From Eledone cirrhosa (taxonomy: Eukaryota): a DNA stretch of 64,000 bases. The stretch spans positions 31,434,001-31,498,000 of the forward strand of contig OZ024761.1 of assembly GCA_964016885.1 (NCBI GenBank), in the 5' to 3' direction. Positions 62,983 to 64,000 of this stretch are shown here, piece by piece. Position 1 is the stretch's first letter. Each line of letters starts with the position of its first letter. The notes under the pieces are model-generated. The model saw nothing but the letters and a program-made list of their open reading frames with translations. It was not told where the DNA came from and made no database searches. The position numbers and the translations under genes are program-made.

Positions 62983-63079
62983 AGTCTTTTTTTCTCAAAC
63001 AAGAGCGTGGACATGGAGGGGTGTGAAAATCTTCATTACATATACCAATTTTGTTTGCGTTTTTTTTTTATATAATAGG

Positions 63080-63190
63080 ATCTTTCATCCTTACACGGTC
63101 GATAGAATAAAGTACCAGTCATGTACTGGGGTCCTTATAATCGCTTTCCTTTCGCAACAAATTGCAGGCTTTGTGCCTAGATAAAACATT
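63080..63190 (+). mobile_element. SINE 3' fragment
   Basis: ctttcatccttacacggtcgatagaataaagtaccagt...gcttgtgccta. Confidence 0.75.
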
Positions 63191-63389
63191 GTTTGTTGTC
63201 CATATACATATTTTATTTTTTCAAGGAAGACGTTCACTTAAACGCTTAGAGTTCTTAGAGTTTGGTGAAGTGAAAATCGATACCAAATATATTTCATATA
63301 TGTATTATATATATTATTTATTATTGTATTATATTATGTTATAGATATGTGTATGTATATATATATGTGTATGTATGTATGTATGTATG

Positions 63390-63422
<33 letters not shown>

Positions 63423-63655
63423 ATGTATATGTGTGTGTCTTAGTATATATGTGTGCATGTATGTGTGTGTATATATATGTGTGTATATATTATGTATATG
63501 TTGTATATGTCTGCATGTATGTGTGTGTATATATATATATGTGTATGTATATGTTGTATATGTGTGCATGTATGAGTGTATCTATATGTATGTTATATGT
63601 TTGTATTTATATGTATATGTGTATATTTGTGTGTATGTATGTGTGTATATATATG

Positions 63656-63690
<35 letters not shown>

Positions 63691-64000
63691 ACTCTATTTT
63701 AACTGCCTTTCAATATATTCAGTCTGACACCATAAGTATTCATATAAATTGTGTATTTAAACCGTTTGCAGTCATTGTCTATCGTGTTTATAGTTTTTAT
63801 GTGGTGCTATAAAGTCTTAATGTTATTTGTCTTCAGTCCAGGAAAACATCCAGATTTCCCCCCCATATCGACATTAAGAATTATTATAGTCCCTCACCCC
63901 CCTCCTTCAGATCCCCATCGCCGCTTCACAATTTTCTTCATTGAGCCCACTTTTTATGTCTAATGCGATTTATGTGTTGTTTGAACCAGAAGAGGAAGAG

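Noticed and set aside
63835-64000. Terminal exon after ttatttgtcttcag
   Set aside because: Only short open frames with no recognisable homology, and it is truncated by the window edge.

Overview
This is AT-rich, repeat-dominated eukaryotic (animal) DNA, not prokaryotic. The tRNA-derived SINE family and the very long (TA)n/(TATG)n arrays resemble octopod cephalopod genomes (inference). Almost all long ORFs in the track are microsatellite or minisatellite artefacts. Recognisable elements are: two decayed Penelope-like retroelements (RT plus C-terminal GIY-YIG, minus strand, 54.3-59.3 kb); 3' fragments of CRE-like, R4/Dong-like and RTE LINEs; a duplicated RTE-derived non-autonomous element; about 10 SINE copies; a hAT MITE with an 8-bp TSD; Tc1/mariner remnants; several minisatellites; and a few unassigned candidate host exons. 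The most striking signal is a recurring class of short (50-500 bp) fold-back insertions embedded in (TA)n tracts. Many carry minimal hammerhead-ribozyme (HHR) cores, canonical or variant, often on both strands, and one matches the 3' region of the Penelope-like element in this window. Ribozyme calls were made by eye from motif and pairing, not by covariance-model search.
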